A DNA stretch of 63,477 bases, filler included, from Folioceros fuciformis (GCA_049999805.1; 9 parts of 9 records of this genome joined end to end with filler, not necessarily neighbours in it); one strand, 5' to 3'. Shown: positions 1-12,842, counted from the first letter of the whole stretch. The notes: generated from the letters alone by a model not told the origin. Program-made: numbers and translations.

Positions 1-504
1 AACAGCAAAGTTAGCGAGGTTCATGTTAACCATGTGCCTGTGAATGTGACTCAGGGTGGCAGCACTGGTGGTAGTCAGAACCACAATATTCCAAATGCAT
101 ACAACTTTGTTGAGCGATTGAAGCTAAAGAAACTTGAAGACACGCTTGCCAAAAGGTTCAACACAAACACAGAGTGGGTTTTAGTGATCGAAGAGGAGCC
201 AGAAGACTACAACTTGCAGTGGGTGCCGCTCATGGCTCTGTGGATTAACGGTTTCCAAGGCTTGCCGGACAATGAGGCAGGGAGGCCTGGGTGGGTTCTC
301 TGTGCATCAGTTGACAGCGTGGAAGACGAAACACACGTCAATTTCATTTGCACGCGGCACCCACCAAGCCATATCACTGATGACTACGATAGCCACAGCC
401 TGATTGTGGTCAATGTTGCGAAAGCTGTGCCACGGCGATGTGAACCGATGTGGCTAAAAACGGCTTTGAAAGATTGTCTGAATGTGCAAGATGTTAGTAT
501 ATGA
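1..504 (+). CDS. Unknown ORF/exon, open from the window start
   Basis: Frame 1 is open from base 1 to TGA at 502-504, with globular-looking composition and AT-rich sequence after it. No family recognised. Confidence 0.35.
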   Translation, partial: NSKVSEVHVNHVPVNVTQGGSTGGSQNHNIPNAYNFVERLKLKKLEDTLAKRFNTNTEWVLVIEEEPEDYNLQWVPLMALWINGFQGLPDNEAGRPGWVLCASVDSVEDETHVNFICTRHPPSHITDDYDSHSLIVVNVAKAVPRRCEPMWLKTALKDCLNVQDVSI

Positions 505-630
505 TTAGCTTAATCATTTATTTCAATTTATTAACCTAGGAGTTAATTATCCCAGCTGTTGTTGCTCACTTATTTAGGTTTATTAACCCAACAAACCCTA
601 AACCCTAATTACTTGCATCTTGTGGGTGTA

Positions 631-1186
631 ACAGAGAGGCGAACAGTGCTGTCGAACTGTCTTGCGATTATGTGCCAATTGCGTCTTGAAGAACCGAGCC
701 CTTGCATCTAGGATTGCCAGAGAGCGCCATCGAATTGCGACGTTCGCAGATTTTGGTGATAGTGCAGGAAGGGTGACGGAGAGGCCGGTGGAGATGCCGC
801 GCATGTAGCCAGAGCTGTCGGAAGACGAACTGCATGAGGTGGAGGAGCTGAGCAGTGACCAAGAGAAGGAGATGGGTGGTTACGCCTCCACCGCAGACAA
901 CCTCAATGAGGCACTAGATGCTGGAAGAGGCTCACACGATGAACGGGAAGAAGAAGAGGAATCGGCCTACCGACGCCCCAGTCCAAAGGAAGAAGAAGAC
1001 AGCCACGACCTCTCCTGCGAGGTCTCGAAAAGAGCCATAGGTGCGTATCTTGCTAATTGGTCTGCAATTTGGTCTGGTCTGGTTTCCTATCGTGGACATC
1101 GGATGTAACAGCTGATGTGGTTCAGTGGCAACTTCACCCCAGAAGAGGAAGAGCAGGTCGGGAGGGCCTGTCAACGAGACTTCTAC
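631..1186 (+). pseudogene. Decayed unknown ORF (Cys-rich start, acidic middle) abutting the copia 5' LTR
   Basis: One frame reads ...QCCRTVLRLCANCV...EEEEES...RDFY with two in-frame stops and ends at the LTR start (1187). Confidence 0.3.
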
Positions 1187-1366
1187 TAAAGGAAATAATG
1201 AATAGGTAATCCTAGATTAATTAGGGTTAGTTTAATAATCAGTTATAGCAGTTCTACAAACCACTTTCGTAGATAGATACACCTTGCAAGGATAAAAATA
1301 TAACTGTTTTTCATTTTGTTTGTTGCACGTTGCCGCTCGTTCCCCTCGCGCATCTGAACCGCGTTA
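1187..1366 (+). repeat. 5' LTR of element A (TAA...TTA termini)
   Basis: Direct repeat of 7402-7582 (~11 substitutions and 1 indel), directly followed by the PBS. Confidence 0.92.
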
Positions 1367-1378
1367 TGGTATCAGAGC
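1367..1378 (+). promoter_or_regulatory. Primer-binding site, initiator tRNA-Met
   Basis: TGGTATCAGAGC, the canonical plant tRNAiMet PBS. Confidence 0.95.
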
Positions 1379-4300
1379 TCTTTGCAATATGATCCTGACA
1401 CGAGCGCAGATGTGCGACACTGCAATATGCCGAAACGCGGGACCCTAGCGCGTGCGCCCAGAAGGATTGTTCGCATTGAACAGGGCTTGATTCCCTCTAC
1501 ATGAACATGTTTTCTTTGCACGGACTATCAGGAGAAGGATTTGCAATCTGCAGCACCACGATCGACAGATCCACAACGTGCAAGCCATCCTTGTATGCAT
1601 AGACGTTGCGAGGTCAGCCCCGTTCCAACCAAACAAGGCGCGAGCCCGGTATGTTGCTCACCCCGGTCAACATCTGTGAGGCGACGCCCAACAAGCAAGA
1701 TAAACACAACAAGTTCCTTACTGCTTGTGCGCAAATTTGTGGCCTTCAAGATCTGGTTGAGAGTCTCTCCAACGGCATCAAGCAGCTACACCTTATCTGC
1801 CGCAACCATGACAGTGCTCAAGATGCACACATAGCAGCTTCGCTATCATCAGGTCGTGTTTGCACGACCCACTACTAACCTTTTGTCATGCTCCTAGGTC
1901 GACAGGATGATCCATGGGATGGATCTGATGACGAAAGTTTTGACCTGGATAATGAAGGGATAGTGGATTCGGGCACTGATGCCAGTCCAGCACAAGCTGG
2001 TGGTGTAGAGGCCACAACACCTGTAACATCGCCTCAGGGGTGGCCATACAACCTTGGTTTTGGCCCTACAAACAATTCCCTCAACTGGGAACAAGGTTTC
2101 CTTCTGAGAGGTGTTGCCGGACCATCTGGCGGAGGCGGAGCACCTAGAGGAATCAACTACGCAGCATATGGTGCTTTAGGAGGGCAATTCAACCAGAATC
2201 CCTCACAATTTCAAAATTCTCCTCCGCCGACTGTGACCCCTGCACTAGCCACTGCGACTCTCACTTCATCAACCATCGCCACTCTTCCACAAACTATTCC
2301 ACAAACTATTCCACAAACTTGAAGATTGAGTTCAAGGATCGTGATCGTTTCAATGGCAACGATTACAGTATATGGGCGATGAGAATCACTCACATTATGG
2401 AAGAGCACGAATTGATGTCTGTTGTTGACAGAAGTGAGCTTATTCCAGCAGTAACTCCTGCGAATGCTACCCCATCCACGGCCATGAATGCTGCAGATAT
2501 ACTTGCCTGGCATAGGCGAGACAGGAGGGCCCGTTCTATCCTTCTGGCTTCTCTTGACCGAAACATGATGGCACATACACAAGATGCCCTCACTTTAGCG
2601 GCAGTATGGAGCATTTTCAAGCTCATTTACAAGGATAGGAGTAATGCTTCCAAGCTTCATGCCTTTCGAGAGTTCTTTGGATTCCGGATGAAGGAGAACG
2701 AGACTGTGGAGTCCTACATCAATAAGTTTCGTTCTGCTCGTGCCAATCTGGCTTATTGCGGTATCACCCTCAACAAAGCCCAGGCTGCTACCAGCCTGTT
2801 GGCTTCTCTCCCTAAGAGCTACGATCCCTTCATGAGCTCCCAGACTACCAGATCCTTGGTACAGGGGCCTGGTGCTGCAGCTACCTCAAGCCTGGAGGAG
2901 TTGCTTGGTGCACTCCTAGCAGAGGAGCGTACAAAGGGTTTTCGCAAGCACAAGCCAAGTTCACAGCAGAACAATCGAGTTCTCTTTTCTGGAAGGGTCC
3001 GTGGTAGTCCAAGGGGTCGTGGCCGTGCAGGTTCCACTCGCCGCACACCTGCTGGTCCACGACAGCCAAATCTACGAAGGAAGACTTCCACATGCAATTG
3101 GTGTCGAATACCTAGACACCATGAAAAGGACTGCCGCAAGAAATGAGCTGGTGAACTTAGGAGGGAGGCTCCAGCACCTGAATCCAATGTCATCACCAAC
3201 AAAACTCCGGCTAAGTCTCCTACTATTCTTACCCTAAACATCCGTTTGCATCTAGATGGATATGTGGTTTTTGGACTCCGGAGCCACCAGTCATATTTGC
3301 TATGATCGACGTGCGTTTGCTGATTTTGTTCCTACCCCTGATACTCATCAGTTTCTTTTGTTGGGTGACGACAGTGGTTTAGCCATCAAAGGTTCTGGCT
3401 CAGTATTTGTAGAGCTACCTAACACAACCACCCTCACACTTTCAGGTGTTCTTTTTGTTCCCTACATGACAAAAAATTTGATGTCTGTTCTTAAGTTCGC
3501 AGAAGAACATGGCTGTAGGGTTTGCTTTGATCATACGGGCTGTTCCATTTCCCGTAGGATGATTTGTTTTTTGGAACCCCCTTTAATTATTTGTATCTGC
3601 TAAATGTCAGGACAGTTGTGCAGCAGCCCTCAGCCTATGTTAGTCAATCTTCCTCTTTGTCTCCTACCCAACTTTGGCATTGTAGGTTAGGTCACATGAA
3701 TTTTCAGCGCTTGTCAACCTTAGTGAATAACACAAGTTTTCGAGATACCCTATTTTTCTCCTTTGACAATCATGCTTTCTGTGACTCCTGCCAAGTTAGT
3801 AAAGCCATATCTCAGCCCTATAAGGATTTACACCTGTCTCGTGCCCCTAGTCTCCTTCACACAGTCCATACTGACATTTGTGGCCCTATGTCCACACTCT
3901 CTTTTGGTGGAGCTTCTTATTTCATTACCTTTCTTGACGAATGGAGTAGATACTGTACTGTATTCATTTTGCGTCATAAAAGTGAGCTTTTACCTGCTTT
4001 CGAGATTATATGACAATGGCTCAGCAGCAGACAGGATGCAAGCTTAAAATTCTCCAAACTGATAATGGGGGGGAGTACACTAGCCATGTTTTCTCCAACT
4101 TTTGTGCTCAAGAAGGAGTCACTCATCAACTTAGAGTTCCTTATACCCCAGCTCAAAATGCCTTTGTTGAGCGTAAGAACCGCACTCTTCAGGAAGCAGC
4201 TCTGTCCAGTTTATCATTTGCAGGCGTAACGAAGGGCTATTGGGCAGAAGCTCTCGTTGCTACGTGCTATGTGCATAATAGACTGCCCACTACGGAGCTT

Positions 4301-7300
4301 GGTTTGATCACTCCCTATGAACGTTGGACAGGCAAGAAACCATGTATTACTCACCTTCGAATATTTGGTAGCCCTGCATGTGCTTTAGTTCCTTCCACTT
4401 TACGTAGTAAGTTGGATCCTAAGGCTGTAAGGCGAGTGTTTGTTGGCTATTCTGATGAAGTCAAAGGTTACAAGCTTTTCGACCCCAACACTCGCCAGAT
4501 CTCTTATTCTCGCAGTGTTATCTTTCACGAGAATGCTTTACTTTGTCGGCATGAGAACACACTCACTCCTGATTCCCCTCCAGTTTCTACTTCGATTTTT
4601 GGTGTTGATGACCATGCTGATTTTGCTGAGGACATGGATACTGATGTCTCTATTTTTTATTTTGAAGACATTCCTGTCAGCACTTCTTCTTCAGCTTCAG
4701 GGGGGAGCATGTAGTCAAGTACACAGTCATCTTCTTCATTTGGCCCTGTACCATCAAACGATTCAGATCCAAATGAGTTCCCTCCTCCACCTGCTATTGA
4801 ACTAGTAGAAGATGTCCTTCCAGTATCAGTTTCTGTTAATTCTGTTCCTCCAACTGATCCAATTGAACCTGTTGAGTCCATTGCTGACATTCCTCCTGTC
4901 CTTCGCCGGTCCACACGTCATAGGCCTCCTAGGAATGAATGGTCAGAACCACCTTACGTCGCAGGTGTAGCTTCTCAAACACATCCTGTTAGTTTTGATA
5001 CAACTGAGCCTGCAACGTACCAGGAAGCCATCTTTGGCCTTGAGGCTAAGCACTGGAAAAAGGCTATAGCTTTTGAATACGATTCCCTTTTAGCTAATAA
5101 CACCTCGAAGTTAGTCGATCTTCCTAAGGGACAAAAGCTTGTAGCCTGTAAATGGGTTTTCAAGAAGAAGCTTGATACAGATGGGAGTGTGGGACGTTAT
5201 AAGGCAAGGTTAGTTGCCAAGGGTTACAGCCAAGTTGCTGGTCTAGATTACAACGAAACTTTTGCCCTAGTTGTTAAGTCCACCTCCATCAGGATACTTC
5301 TGTCTTTAGCAGCCCATTATGGTCTTCTTGTCCATTAGCTTGACGTCAAAACGGCTTTCCTCAATGGGGTCACTTGATGAGGAAATATATATGTGCCAGC
5401 CAGAAGGCTTTGAGATTGATCATGATAAGGTATGCTTGCTACTAAAGACGTTGTATGGACTAAAGCAGTCCAACAGAGCATGGAATGAAACATTTCATGC
5501 CTTGCTCATAGAACTTAGGTTCACATTCCCCAACGCAGACAGCAATGTTTACATTTTATGGGAAGGAGATGATTTCCTCATTCTGACTGTATATGTGGAC
5601 GATAATTTCCTCTTTTGTACTTCTAAGAAGTTGATGGCTAGGATTAAGAGTGTCCTTCTATCTCGTTTTGAGATGTCATACCTTGGATAGCTCAAATTCT
5701 CACTAGGTGTACAGTTCCATTTTTCGGATGATCGTCATACTATTCAGATTCATCAAGAACACTTTGTTAACCAGTTAGTGCAACGTTTCAACATTACAGA
5801 TGCTTGGCCTATTTCAACTCCTATGTCTATAGGCGAGAAGCTTTCCAAGGAGCAATGTCCAACTACACAGGAAGAGAAGGATGCGATGGCATCACGTCCA
5901 TACAGGCAAGCTGTGGGTAGTTTAATTTATCTCGCAGCCTAGACTAGAATAGACATTTCACGAGCTGTTAGCAATGTCTCTCAGCTTCTAGAGAATCCAG
6001 GTGAGGCATACTAGATAGCAGTCAAGAGGATTCTTAGATACCTCAAGGGAACTCCGAGGTATGGTCTCAAGTATACTAAGCAGACTACAGGCCTCAACCT
6101 TACATCCTATTGTGATGCTGACTGGGCAGGAGATCCTGACAGTCGCAGGAGTATAGCAGCATACTGTAACTTGCTTGGAAGCTCAGTTATCTCTTGGTCT
6201 AGTAAAAAAACTTACCACAATATGCTTATCATCAACAGAGGCGGAATATGGTGCATTGTCCCAAGCTGCAAGAGAGATTATATGGATACGTTCCTTCCTT
6301 AGAGGCTTGCAGCAATTACCTCCTGGAGCAACAAGGCTTTGGTGTGACAATCAATCAGCAATAGCCCTGTCCAAGAACCCAGTTTTCCATGCCAGATCCA
6401 AGCATATTGAAATTACACACCACTTTATTCGGCAAGCTGCCGACACATGAGAAGTAGAGGTACAATACATACCTATAGGTGAGAATGTGGCAGACTTTCT
6501 TACAAAAGCACTAGCAAAATCTTTGCATAGAAAGCATGCCCTATCAGCAAGTCTGTCTCCTATTACAACATCCCTTATGAAAGGGACTGCACATTGAGCA
6601 AATAGTCGACATGGCCTCATATTCCACTGTCCAGGTATGCAGAGTCTTCAACTTTGTCCTTCAGAATTCCCAGCAGGACTCGTGTATTCTTTAGGTCCTT
6701 CAGAATAGCTGCATAAGACAAGGTTTGGTTAGTGGGGCAATACCAGCAGGCATGCATTGATATCTTCCTGAATGAGGTCAAGATTCTCACAGATGTGTGG
6801 AAGGGTAGGGTGGATAAAGCACAACTTACAACTAGTCGTTTGTCCTTCCTCTTGAGGTAAGTCACTTTCAAGCACTTTCGCCTGCCCAGAAGCGGAGGGA
6901 GTGCTATCCCCTTTTTTGGTCACCTTAGAAGCATGAAAAATGTTGGGCCTTGTCCTTCTGTCTCTGCTGCTGAGCTGTCTACTCCATGTCGATGTCTGTC
7001 CCAAGGTGCTCGCAACTCATGTCTGTACTTCTCAGCTGGAATCCATTTATGTCCACAGTGGATACACTACACCCCTGGAATTGTAGTAAGTCCGTAGTCC
7101 ATTGCAAGACAACAGTGCTTACAGGACTTCAGCCAGATGAGGACAAGCGTCAAGCAAAACCAAGTGAGGAGGAGTGAGGCTAGGAACGTCATCAGTTGCT
7201 TTATGTGCTGGGCGCCAGACATGGTAGTGAGCGTACACCGTTCAGTGGTAGCGGCTGAAAGAGGAAGGATGGAGAATGTGTTTGGCACGTAACGATAAGT

Positions 7301-7401
7301 TCCATTGACGCCAGTAGCCTGTGTTTGAAACCCGCTTTTGGAACGTTCGAGTTTTTACATCAATTTGCTGCCATTTACTGACTACTGCAACTAAGAGGGA
7401 G

Positions 7402-7582
7402 TAAAGGAAATAATGAATAGTTAATCCTAGATTAATTAGGGTTAGTTTAATAATCAGTTATAGCAGTTCTACAAACCACTTTCGTAGATAGATACACCAT
7501 GCAACGATAAAAATATAACCATTTTTTCATTTTGCTCGTTGCACGCTGCTGCTCGTTCCCCTCACGCATGTGAACCGCGTTA
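7402..7582 (+). repeat. 3' LTR of element A
   Basis: Follows the PPT and matches 1187-1366. Confidence 0.92.
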
Positions 7583-7928
7583 GAATATGCGGGAAAAGAA
7601 ATTCCAAAGGCTATGAATGAAGATATAAGTGTGACCCAATGCAACCAACAATGCCAAAAAGGTGAAGTTTTGGAGCGCAATTCAAGAAAATATGCACAAT
7701 GGTTGATAAATGGCCGCACTTGAAGAAACATATTACAGGTTTGTTGTAACAAGCCATCAGGAAAATTGAAGAGCTAGGAGCACAAGAGTTAGGTGTCCAT
7801 CCACAATTTACTTTTCCGGAAGGCGTCCTTACGGGAGATAACAGGTTAAAAAGGAAACCAGCATTTTGGGAAAGTCAAGGTCTTAGGCATACTGCACAGG
7901 GTGCTCTTCCTAGAGAATTTGTTGAGGC

Positions 7929-8028
7929 NNNNNNNNNNNNNNNNNNNNNNNNNNNNNNNNNNNNNNNNNNNNTTAATTAATTAANNNNNNNNNNNNNNNN
8001 NNNNNNNNNNNNNNNNNNNNNNNNNNNN
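7929..8028. other. Artificial contig spacer (also 12843-12942, 18922-19021, 26845-26944, 32794-32893, 39454-39553, 51101-51200, 56223-56322)
   Basis: Identical 44N-TTAATTAATTAA-44N blocks; the core gives stop codons in all six frames. Confidence 0.98.
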
Positions 8029-8294
8029 ACTAATGTGTTTAGTCTAAGATTAGTGTCTAGTTAAGTATCATTAGTTGAGATTAGCTTAAGCTAATCTCTA
8101 GGAAGCTTCTTGTGCAGCTTCCTGTGGGCTTCTTGTGAAGCTTCCTAGGGAGCTCTTCTAGAGGGTATAAATACCCCCTTGAGCTCCCTTGTATGTGGGA
8201 CTCTATTGTGAGTGTGACCTCTCTTTCTCCTCTCCTCCTTGCCTCCTTCTCTCCTCTCCTTCACCATGTAGCTCCTAGAGCGTTCCTTCTTACA
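8029..8294 (+). repeat. Probable LTR 3' part (TATA box, CT-rich tract, ends TTACA)
   Basis: GGGTATAAATACCC at ~8164-8177, then a CT-rich stretch; CA at 8293-8294 is followed abruptly by coding-like sequence. Confidence 0.5.
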
Positions 8295-8295
8295 A

Positions 8296-10653
8296 GAGGA
8301 GGGGATCAGAGGCAGACCCCAGGAATGGAACCTGGAGTTGATCAGGAGGGTCTACGGGCGCGACCAACAGGAGGAAGGGGGACTGGTGCTGGAGTCCCTA
8401 AAGAGGCGTGGCGGAATGGGAGCCGCGGAAACGCTGCTCAAGGCAGGCAAGAGAAAGGAAGCGAATGGGTGGCTGGTGCGCGACATGGCAAGTCCCCAGC
8501 TGTTGGGATTGGCCAGGTGGTTCCTGAGCTTCTTCCAGGTACGCAAACAGGATTATCTGTCTGATCAGATGCTCCTGTTTGTGCATGAAGTAGTGAAGGG
8601 CACCAGGATCGACTGGGGAAGGATTTTATACACCCGGATGGATGAGGAGAGGCAGAACCTGATCCAACCCACCCCTGAACCTTCTATGATTTCCCCGTTT
8701 CTAATCCACGTGTACAGTTACGCTAACCTGGTCACTGAGCTAGAAAGGCTGGCCTCGCTCCACCTGTGGAAGCCAGTTCGTGATGTGAAGTGGAAGCCCG
8801 TTGAGCCAGCAAGGGCTACCTCCAGCAGTTGGGAAGTTGATAGTGGGAATAGCTCACAGGAGGAGACCCCAGTCAAGCCCAGGAAGAGGATGGCGCCACA
8901 AAAGAAGACTCCTGCCAGGAGGAAAAGGACTAGAGGACAAAGTGTGAGCATGGGGGCTGATTAGGAGGAAGGGGGGACAACCCTAGAGCAGACGGGTCAG
9001 CAGGAGGCAGAACGAGAACTAGCTGTCCAGGGAGTCAAGAACCGAAGGTTGGAGGAGCAAGGTTAGGGTGGGATAAGACCTGAGGAGCCACCGGATCAGG
9101 TGATGGCAGCCGACACAGTTTCCTCCAAAAAGGAGGATAAGTTAGGGCACGGTTCAGCACAGGAGGGTTCCTCAAGGTGGAAGGACATTTTTAGGTGCAG
9201 GCCTCAGAGAGACAGGTTGCAGGTGGGGGACCTGGACAAGCTGCGAGAATTCCTGGGCAGACAAATCACGGCAAGAGGAATGGGCACCGGAGGGGTGCAG
9301 GAGGTGGACCTACCCGGGCTGACTGCTGCGATGGTGCAGGCCCAAGCAAACCTCCTGGATCAAGCTGCTAGGGCCCTGACCTGGTTAAGTGTACAAGCGG
9401 AGCGAGAGGCCAAGGCTTGGGGAAAGGAGGAGAAGGCTCGTGAGCGAGAGGCTGAAGCAAGGAGGCAACTGGCGGAGTCGAAGACGGCGCGGCAACTGCT
9501 GGAGGAGAAGCAGCGGGTCCTGGACAGGGAGAAGGCTCAAGCCATGGAAGAGGCGCGCGAGGCGAGGGCAGAAGTGCAGGCTCTAAAAGAGCAACAGGGG
9601 ACCCTGCTAGCTCAGGTGAGGGAGGCTCACGAGACTAACCTGGAGATGCAACAGGAAATGGCCAGGGCATAGGAGATGGAGATAGCCGCCGTGGAGCAGG
9701 CTCAGAAGTTGGCTGACAGATACAAGCGGGAGCGGGATGAGGCCAGAGAGAGAGTGAAGGGGAAGAGCAAGGCTGGGCGCTCGAGTCAGTTGGTGACCCC
9801 GGCAGCAGAAGGGGCTACCGGTAGCCGAACCAGGGGAACAGTAGTCGAGGGGACTACCGGTAGTCGGGTAGTCGAGGGGACTACCGGTAGTCGGGTAGTC
9901 CATGGGACTACCGGTAGTCGGGTAGCCGACGGGGCTACCGGTGGCCCAGCAAGGCCCAGGATAGCTGAAGAACCAACCCTGGAAACGAAGGAGGAAGCAC
10001 TAGGGGCGCCTGCCCCTAGGCGCTCCAGGAGGGTGACCCGTACTAGGAGGATAGAGCCGGAGGAGGCAACAGCTGGGTAGGAAGAGAACCTTCAGGTACC
10101 CCAACAGGAGCGGGAGCAGGCAACCCGAGGTAGCCCAAGGGAGGACGGGGTAAGCACCTCTGTTATGACAAAAGGTCGGATTGTGCTGCAGTATGAGGAG
10201 GAGGCCTCCTATGTGCCAGGCCTGTATGTAGAAGGGACCAGAGTTCTGAAGCTGTTTCTGTATGTACGTATGGACACAGGAGGGACGTGGGGCTACGTCC
10301 TACGGTTGAGGACGCACCTGGGACTCTACCACTACAGATGGTGGGTGACAGGACTGCCCAACTGCTATGCGGAGGCAGTTCTGGAGGAACTGACGGAAGA
10401 GGAGGTCCAGCGCTGGGTAGAACGGGGGCCTGTGGCTGTCCTCAGCAACCAGAGAAGCAGGAGGGGTGGTGGACCACAGCGGCGGGACCCACCTGTGCCT
10501 CCAGCCAGGTCCAGCAGCAGCAGCAGTGATGTGGAGATCCTCTGGGAGGATCTGCCGGACCAACGGAGGGGCAGAAGAGCGAGAGGAGGGACAGCAAGGG
10601 GTGACATGCGAAGGCCAGGAGGAAGTCGCCAGCGGCATGGGAAACAGCGATAG
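8296..10653 (+). pseudogene. Large retroelement accessory ORF (probably non-chromovirus Gypsy): conserved N-terminal domain, coiled coil, repeats and a C-terminal globular domain
   Basis: The ORFs at 8338, 9100, 9676 and 10165 share one frame, broken only by TAG stops at 8962, 9064, 9670 and 10078. Motifs IRGRPQEW..RRVYG, NGW.V.D, G..IDWG.IL and SMISPFLIHVY resemble (from recall) retroelement-associated hypothetical proteins of bryophytes. An LTR-type end follows. Confidence 0.65.
9812..9945 (+). repeat. 27-bp in-frame minisatellite with palindromic core GACTACCGGTAGTC
   Basis: Cores at 9852, 9879 and 9906; degenerate copies at ~9814 and ~9933. Confidence 0.9.
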
Positions 10654-11373
10654 TAAATGCAGGCTAGAATAGGATTTTTTTTAGCGTGTTTTATTTGGAC
10701 CTAAGTCGCTCTGAAATTAAGAGCGCAGCTCCCCTGCCTGACAGATTTTATGGCAAAAAAACCGCCATCACCGTGTACAAGAGGCCGGTTTGGAGGCCTA
10801 AGAAATTAGCAAGAACCAGCCAAACAGTCGACCTTGTAGGGACCTAGCGATGGCCGTTGCTGGACAGGAGGTCCAGGCAAGCGAGCGCACGTAGCAACCT
10901 GGGGTGCGGGTGTAGGTGGTGGGCGCTTTGTGATCAGGTCCGGGGACGAATCGGGAGGAGGGGCCTTGCCGAGTGGGAGAGAAGCTCCCCAGCTATCCTC
11001 GAGGTGGTCACGTGGGGTGGTGCGGGTGTCGAAGCCGAACCCGCGAGTGCGAAGTGGAAGGGACTCCTCTTCCCTTAGCACCGATACCTCACCATTCCTC
11101 AACGTTAATAGGAGCCCAGGAGGGGGCATCGCTAAGAAAGAAGACTGAAGAATCGGAGAAAGGAGAGCGCGGGAGTGCGTGTGTGTGAGAAGGAGGAGGA
11201 GCGAGTGGCCGAGTAGTGGGTAAGAGCGAATGCGAAAAGGAAGCCGAAAGGAGTGAAGCGGAGTGGAAGTGATTCGACGACTGTTGAGATGGGCACAATG
11301 TATACAGAGAACTGGTGAGTGGGGTAGGAGAGAACGAAGCCGGGGAGACCCCGGAGGCGAGGTGGGTAATGTG

Positions 11374-12002
11374 TGTGGGGTGCAACGAGACGTGGTGTGT
11401 ATGAGTGACTGGTCACGATGAGACTGGAGAGGCTGTGAAGAAGCTGAATGAAGACCGCAGGGGGTGTATCTAAGGTGTGAGATCACGCGGGTGGAAGGCG
11501 TCTAACAGATTGCTGCTGTTCATGTGTGCGTGCGCTTGTTTCTGAGGCGAGTGAGACGGTTTTGTGGTGAACCAAGGAAGGGAAGCGCCAAAGGGGATGC
11601 GTGGGCAGGAGGTAATCAATCGGGTAGGAACGACCCGGTGGGAGAGAAAATCCTAGAGAGAGGGAACTGAGAGAGAGAGAGAGAGTGGGACCCATGAGTG
11701 GTAGATCGTCAGGCGACGGGGGTAGCCCGGTAGGCAACCAAGGGTAGTCTAGGGGAAGGTAGTCCTTGGGGCGACCGGGTGGTCGAGGAGTCGTCTGGTG
11801 GGAGAAGTAAGGGGGCTTGGTAAGGTCCGAGCACTGGACGTGTGTGTGAGTCAGTCGAGCTTTAGGTGTTAATTGACTTTAGAAGCTAACCTGCGTAGTT
11901 TAACACAAATTATTCCCTTGGGATTGAATCCCAGAGCTACAACGACATAGAGGGCTTGTGTGGACCTCGCGGTACCCCCGGGTACCATACTTTAACCCCA
12001 CA
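11374..12002 (+). repeat. Gypsy-type LTR (3' end firm, start tentative)
   Basis: The last ~130 nt are homologous to 28280-28410 and, more distantly, to 14465-14560. TGTGGGGT...ACCCCACA terminal inverted repeat, preceded by purine-rich GAGGTGGGTAA. Confidence 0.55.
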
Positions 12003-12842
12003 ACTGCCTAACCCTCCATCTCTGTCTACTATGGTTAACCTGAATCAACTACCTAACCACCTCTCTCTGCCCTAAACCATCCTGCACCCAGTTCTGACCT
12101 AACCCTGACCTAGGTATGACCTAACCTAACGCAATCTAGGTCTGACCTAACCTAATGCAATATAGGTCTGACCTAACCCGAAGCCGACCTAAACCTAACC
12201 TAAGTCTAACCTAGACCTAATCTAAGTCTAACCTGGACCTAAACCTAACCTAGGTCTGACCTAGACCTAACCAGGCTTGGCTAAACCTAATCAGACCTAG
12301 ACCTAATCCCAACCAAGAACCCTAACTCTAGCCTACCCCTGCTTCTAATTGCCCATTACCCCTTGTCACAGTTAGCTGCCCTCTATCCAAAATTATCAGC
12401 CCCTCCCATCTACCAAAAATCAGGGGTGCTTCTCAACACCCCTCTCCTCTCCCGGATCAGATCATCTCCCTCTCCTCTCCTGGATCAAATCATCTCCTCC
12501 CCTCTGATCATCCTGCATTCTTCGGAGTCTTCCACCTTCAGGCCCTTCCCTCCATCCTGCTAGTCACGGCTAGCCAAGGCTCCTGTCCCGGCAACCTGAC
12601 CACCAAGCGCTCTTGAATAAGGGCCTTGCAAGTTGGACACTAGCAACGACATCCACCATCCTGTCAACATAACCACCACTAGGCTTTCCACCACTAGTAG
12701 CACACCTATGCTAGACCTTTGGCCTACAAGCAACCAGGGTTGCTACTAACGGATGGAAAGACGAGTGCCACTTATGTCCTTGGCTGGCCACAGTACAGGG
12801 GATGTACTACCCTTGCCTTCGATGCTTAGGTGGGGCAGTTCA
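12003..12842 (-). repeat. Partial LTR of the same family as 12943-14560
   Basis: The reverse complement of ~12380-12842 matches ~13110-13560; includes a degenerate ACCTAA-rich array at ~12090-12310. Confidence 0.75.

Larger units (their letters stand above)
1187..7582 (+). mobile_element. Full-length decayed Ty1/copia LTR retrotransposon (element A)
   Basis: Two ~180-bp LTRs (1187-1366, 7402-7582); PBS TGGTATCAGAGC 1367-1378; PPT AAGAGGGAG 7393-7401. Domain order is gag (2319-3146, CNWC..HH..C knuckle), PR (WFLDSGAT), GAG-pre-INT (LWHCRLGH), INT (HTDICGP, TDNGGEY, VERKNR), RT (YVDD), RNaseH (LSSTEAEY, CDNQSAI). Many stops and frameshifts; no TSD. Confidence 0.95.

Noticed and set aside
7973-7984. 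TTAATTAATTAA palindrome repeated eight times
   Set aside because: Always centred in N-runs of identical length; a synthetic six-frame stop linker.
10806-11737. Several minus-strand ORFs of 80-226 aa
   Set aside because: P/S/L/H-rich products of purine-skewed UTR/LTR sequence.
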